DNA of 64,000 nt, taken from Mytilus californianus. Taxonomy: Eukaryota. The translations under genes were made by a program, and so were the position numbers. Numbering within the stretch: the first letter of the stretch is position 1; every line of letters begins with the position of its first letter. Positions 62,197 to 64,000 of the stretch are shown in pieces. The DNA lies in contig NW_026262701.1 in the NCBI RefSeq assembly GCF_021869535.1, positions 35,960,001 through 36,024,000 of the forward strand, read 5' to 3'. The notes under the pieces are model-generated. The model saw only the letters and a list, made by a program, of their open reading frames with translations, ran no database searches and was not told the origin of the DNA.

Positions 62197-63681
62197 CCAT
62201 TAACATGGGGGTAATTCAGGTGCTACGGAAGTTCCTGCCCTTCTGGTGACTGGTGACACCAGCCGTATTATTCCTGTAAAAATCTTATTTATTGCTATCT
62301 ATAGTGATAAGCCATTATATAACAAAGAATACGCGAATAATATGAGAGAATCCACTTATGCTCCTACAGCCTGTCGATACTTATTTCACAAGGTCATGCT
62401 TCTCTCAAACTACTTATAACGTCTTTACACTATACCATATGTCGCGTTGTTACACTATGTCCCCAGGTTAGGAAGACTCACTGAAGAGGGCGCGACGCTC
62501 ACAAACCTGTTGTTCCTCGCCTTATTGTTTATGTGCCTGTCCCAATCCATTAGTTATGGTTGGTTGCTGTCTGTCAGAATTGTTTTCGCTTATTGTTGCA
62601 GTGTAAATCAGGCCGTTGGATTTCTCTTATGACTTGTCTCACATTTTGAAATACGGGGAATTTTATACACTGAAGTAATACATATAACAGACAATAATAC
62701 ATATCACAAACAAATACCGGACGGTATAACAAAAACAATGCAGCAAACTGAATCAAACTCAACCATCGATATCTCTTTTTGCACTAGTCGTGTTTATGAT
62801 ACATACACAATCTGTTTGTAAGTCATATGCATATGTCAATGACAGAATTGTTACTATATGATCGTTGTATAAATTCACAGTCCTCCATTGAACAGATATT
62901 CAGAAAGAGTCTACCATGATGTTGATAAAACTTTCAAAGGAATGACTTCCAACTACACGTATGTCATTCTAAAACTTTGTTTCGATAGTTTCTTAGTAAG
63001 CAGGAAACATCTGTAAAGGAAATTATGCATATATATTTCATATTCACGTACAGCCGAAAATGTATTTATATAGGTTAGACCGTTGGTTTTCCTGTTTGAA
63101 TTGTTTTACACTTGTCATTTTGGGGCCCTTTATAATAAAGCTTGCTGTTCGGTGTGAGCCAAGGCTCCGTGTTGAAGGCCGTACTTTGGCCTATAATTGT
63201 TTACTTTTACACATTATGACTTGGATGGAAAGTTGTCTCATTGGCACTCATACCACATCTAATTTCTATTAGTTCAAGGTACCTTATAACAAAAATTAAT
63301 GTACTAACGCATGTCAAACGCTTCCAACAATTTGAATCTACGTTAATGAGAGGAATACATACGCCAATACAAATTCGTTGAAGATATCAGGATACTAGGC
63401 TGGTGATACCATTTGGGACGTCTACCAGCAGTGGAATCGATTAGGACAGCAACACAACAACAATAAAATAAAATGACATCACAGGTCAATAATTAATGTC
63501 TACAATATAACAATAAGTAGATGTGGCTAGGATTGCCAATGAGACAACTATCCACCAGAGTTCAAATGATGTGGATGTAAGGATTGGTTTTTGGCGGATT
63601 ACCGGTATTTTAAAATTCTGGTCGCTAAGTAATGAAATAATGAATCATTAAAATGTGTTTGACTATAGAAATTACTATAAA

Positions 63682-64000
63682 AATAAGAAGATGTGGTATG
63701 ATTGACAATGAGAAACTATCCAACGGAGACCAAATGACATAACAGTCTACAACTATAGGTCACTGTACGGCCTTCGACAATGAGCAAAACCCATACCGTA
63801 TAGTTAGCTATAAAAGGCCCTGAAATGATAGATGTCATAAATGAAAAAAACAAGTCAAAGATAAAACTAACGGCCTGATTTATGTACAAAACAACAAACG
63901 AAAATCAAATATGATATACAGCAACAAACGACACTGAATTTCAGGCTCCTGACTTGGGACAGGCACGTCTCGACTGTGGCTGGGTTAAACATTTATGATA
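63682..64000 (+). repeat. Dispersed repeat family A, long copy running off the window end
   Basis: Same consensus; an inverted copy lies at 63073-63270. Confidence 0.85.

Overview
AT-rich eukaryotic genomic DNA, very likely a mytilid bivalve (Mytilus-like; inferred from the dispersed repeat families, not from a marker gene). Only two credible protein-coding genes are visible. Gene A is on the minus strand (CDS 10757..9435, 440 aa) and gene B on the plus strand (main exon 59444..60670, 408 aa, probably with a 3-codon upstream exon). They are highly diverged paralogs arranged head-to-head about 48 kb apart. Both encode Ser/acidic-rich, probably disordered proteins sharing about ten colinear short motifs (RW-basic N-terminus, twin YGF, HIYDEI, EGPYxVVPxLPxRR, a central KIxxNLxLKxQ helix, C-terminal LGDLIxMN). 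I do not recognise the family. A short diverged non-coding module (CAGGTR, GC box, CCAAT, GGYTTTCAA, TATA) lies about 8 kb upstream of each gene in mirrored orientation. The rest is repeats: four minisatellite arrays, a decayed CR1-like LINE interrupted twice, several Penelope-like RT fragments, SINE-like retroposons (one internally double-inverted), MITEs, a nested CACTA-like element and decayed hammerhead-ribozyme remnants. No rRNA, tRNA or CRISPR features were seen. Most short ORFs in the supplied track are non-coding or TE-derived. Coordinates were read by eye; repeat boundaries are approximate.
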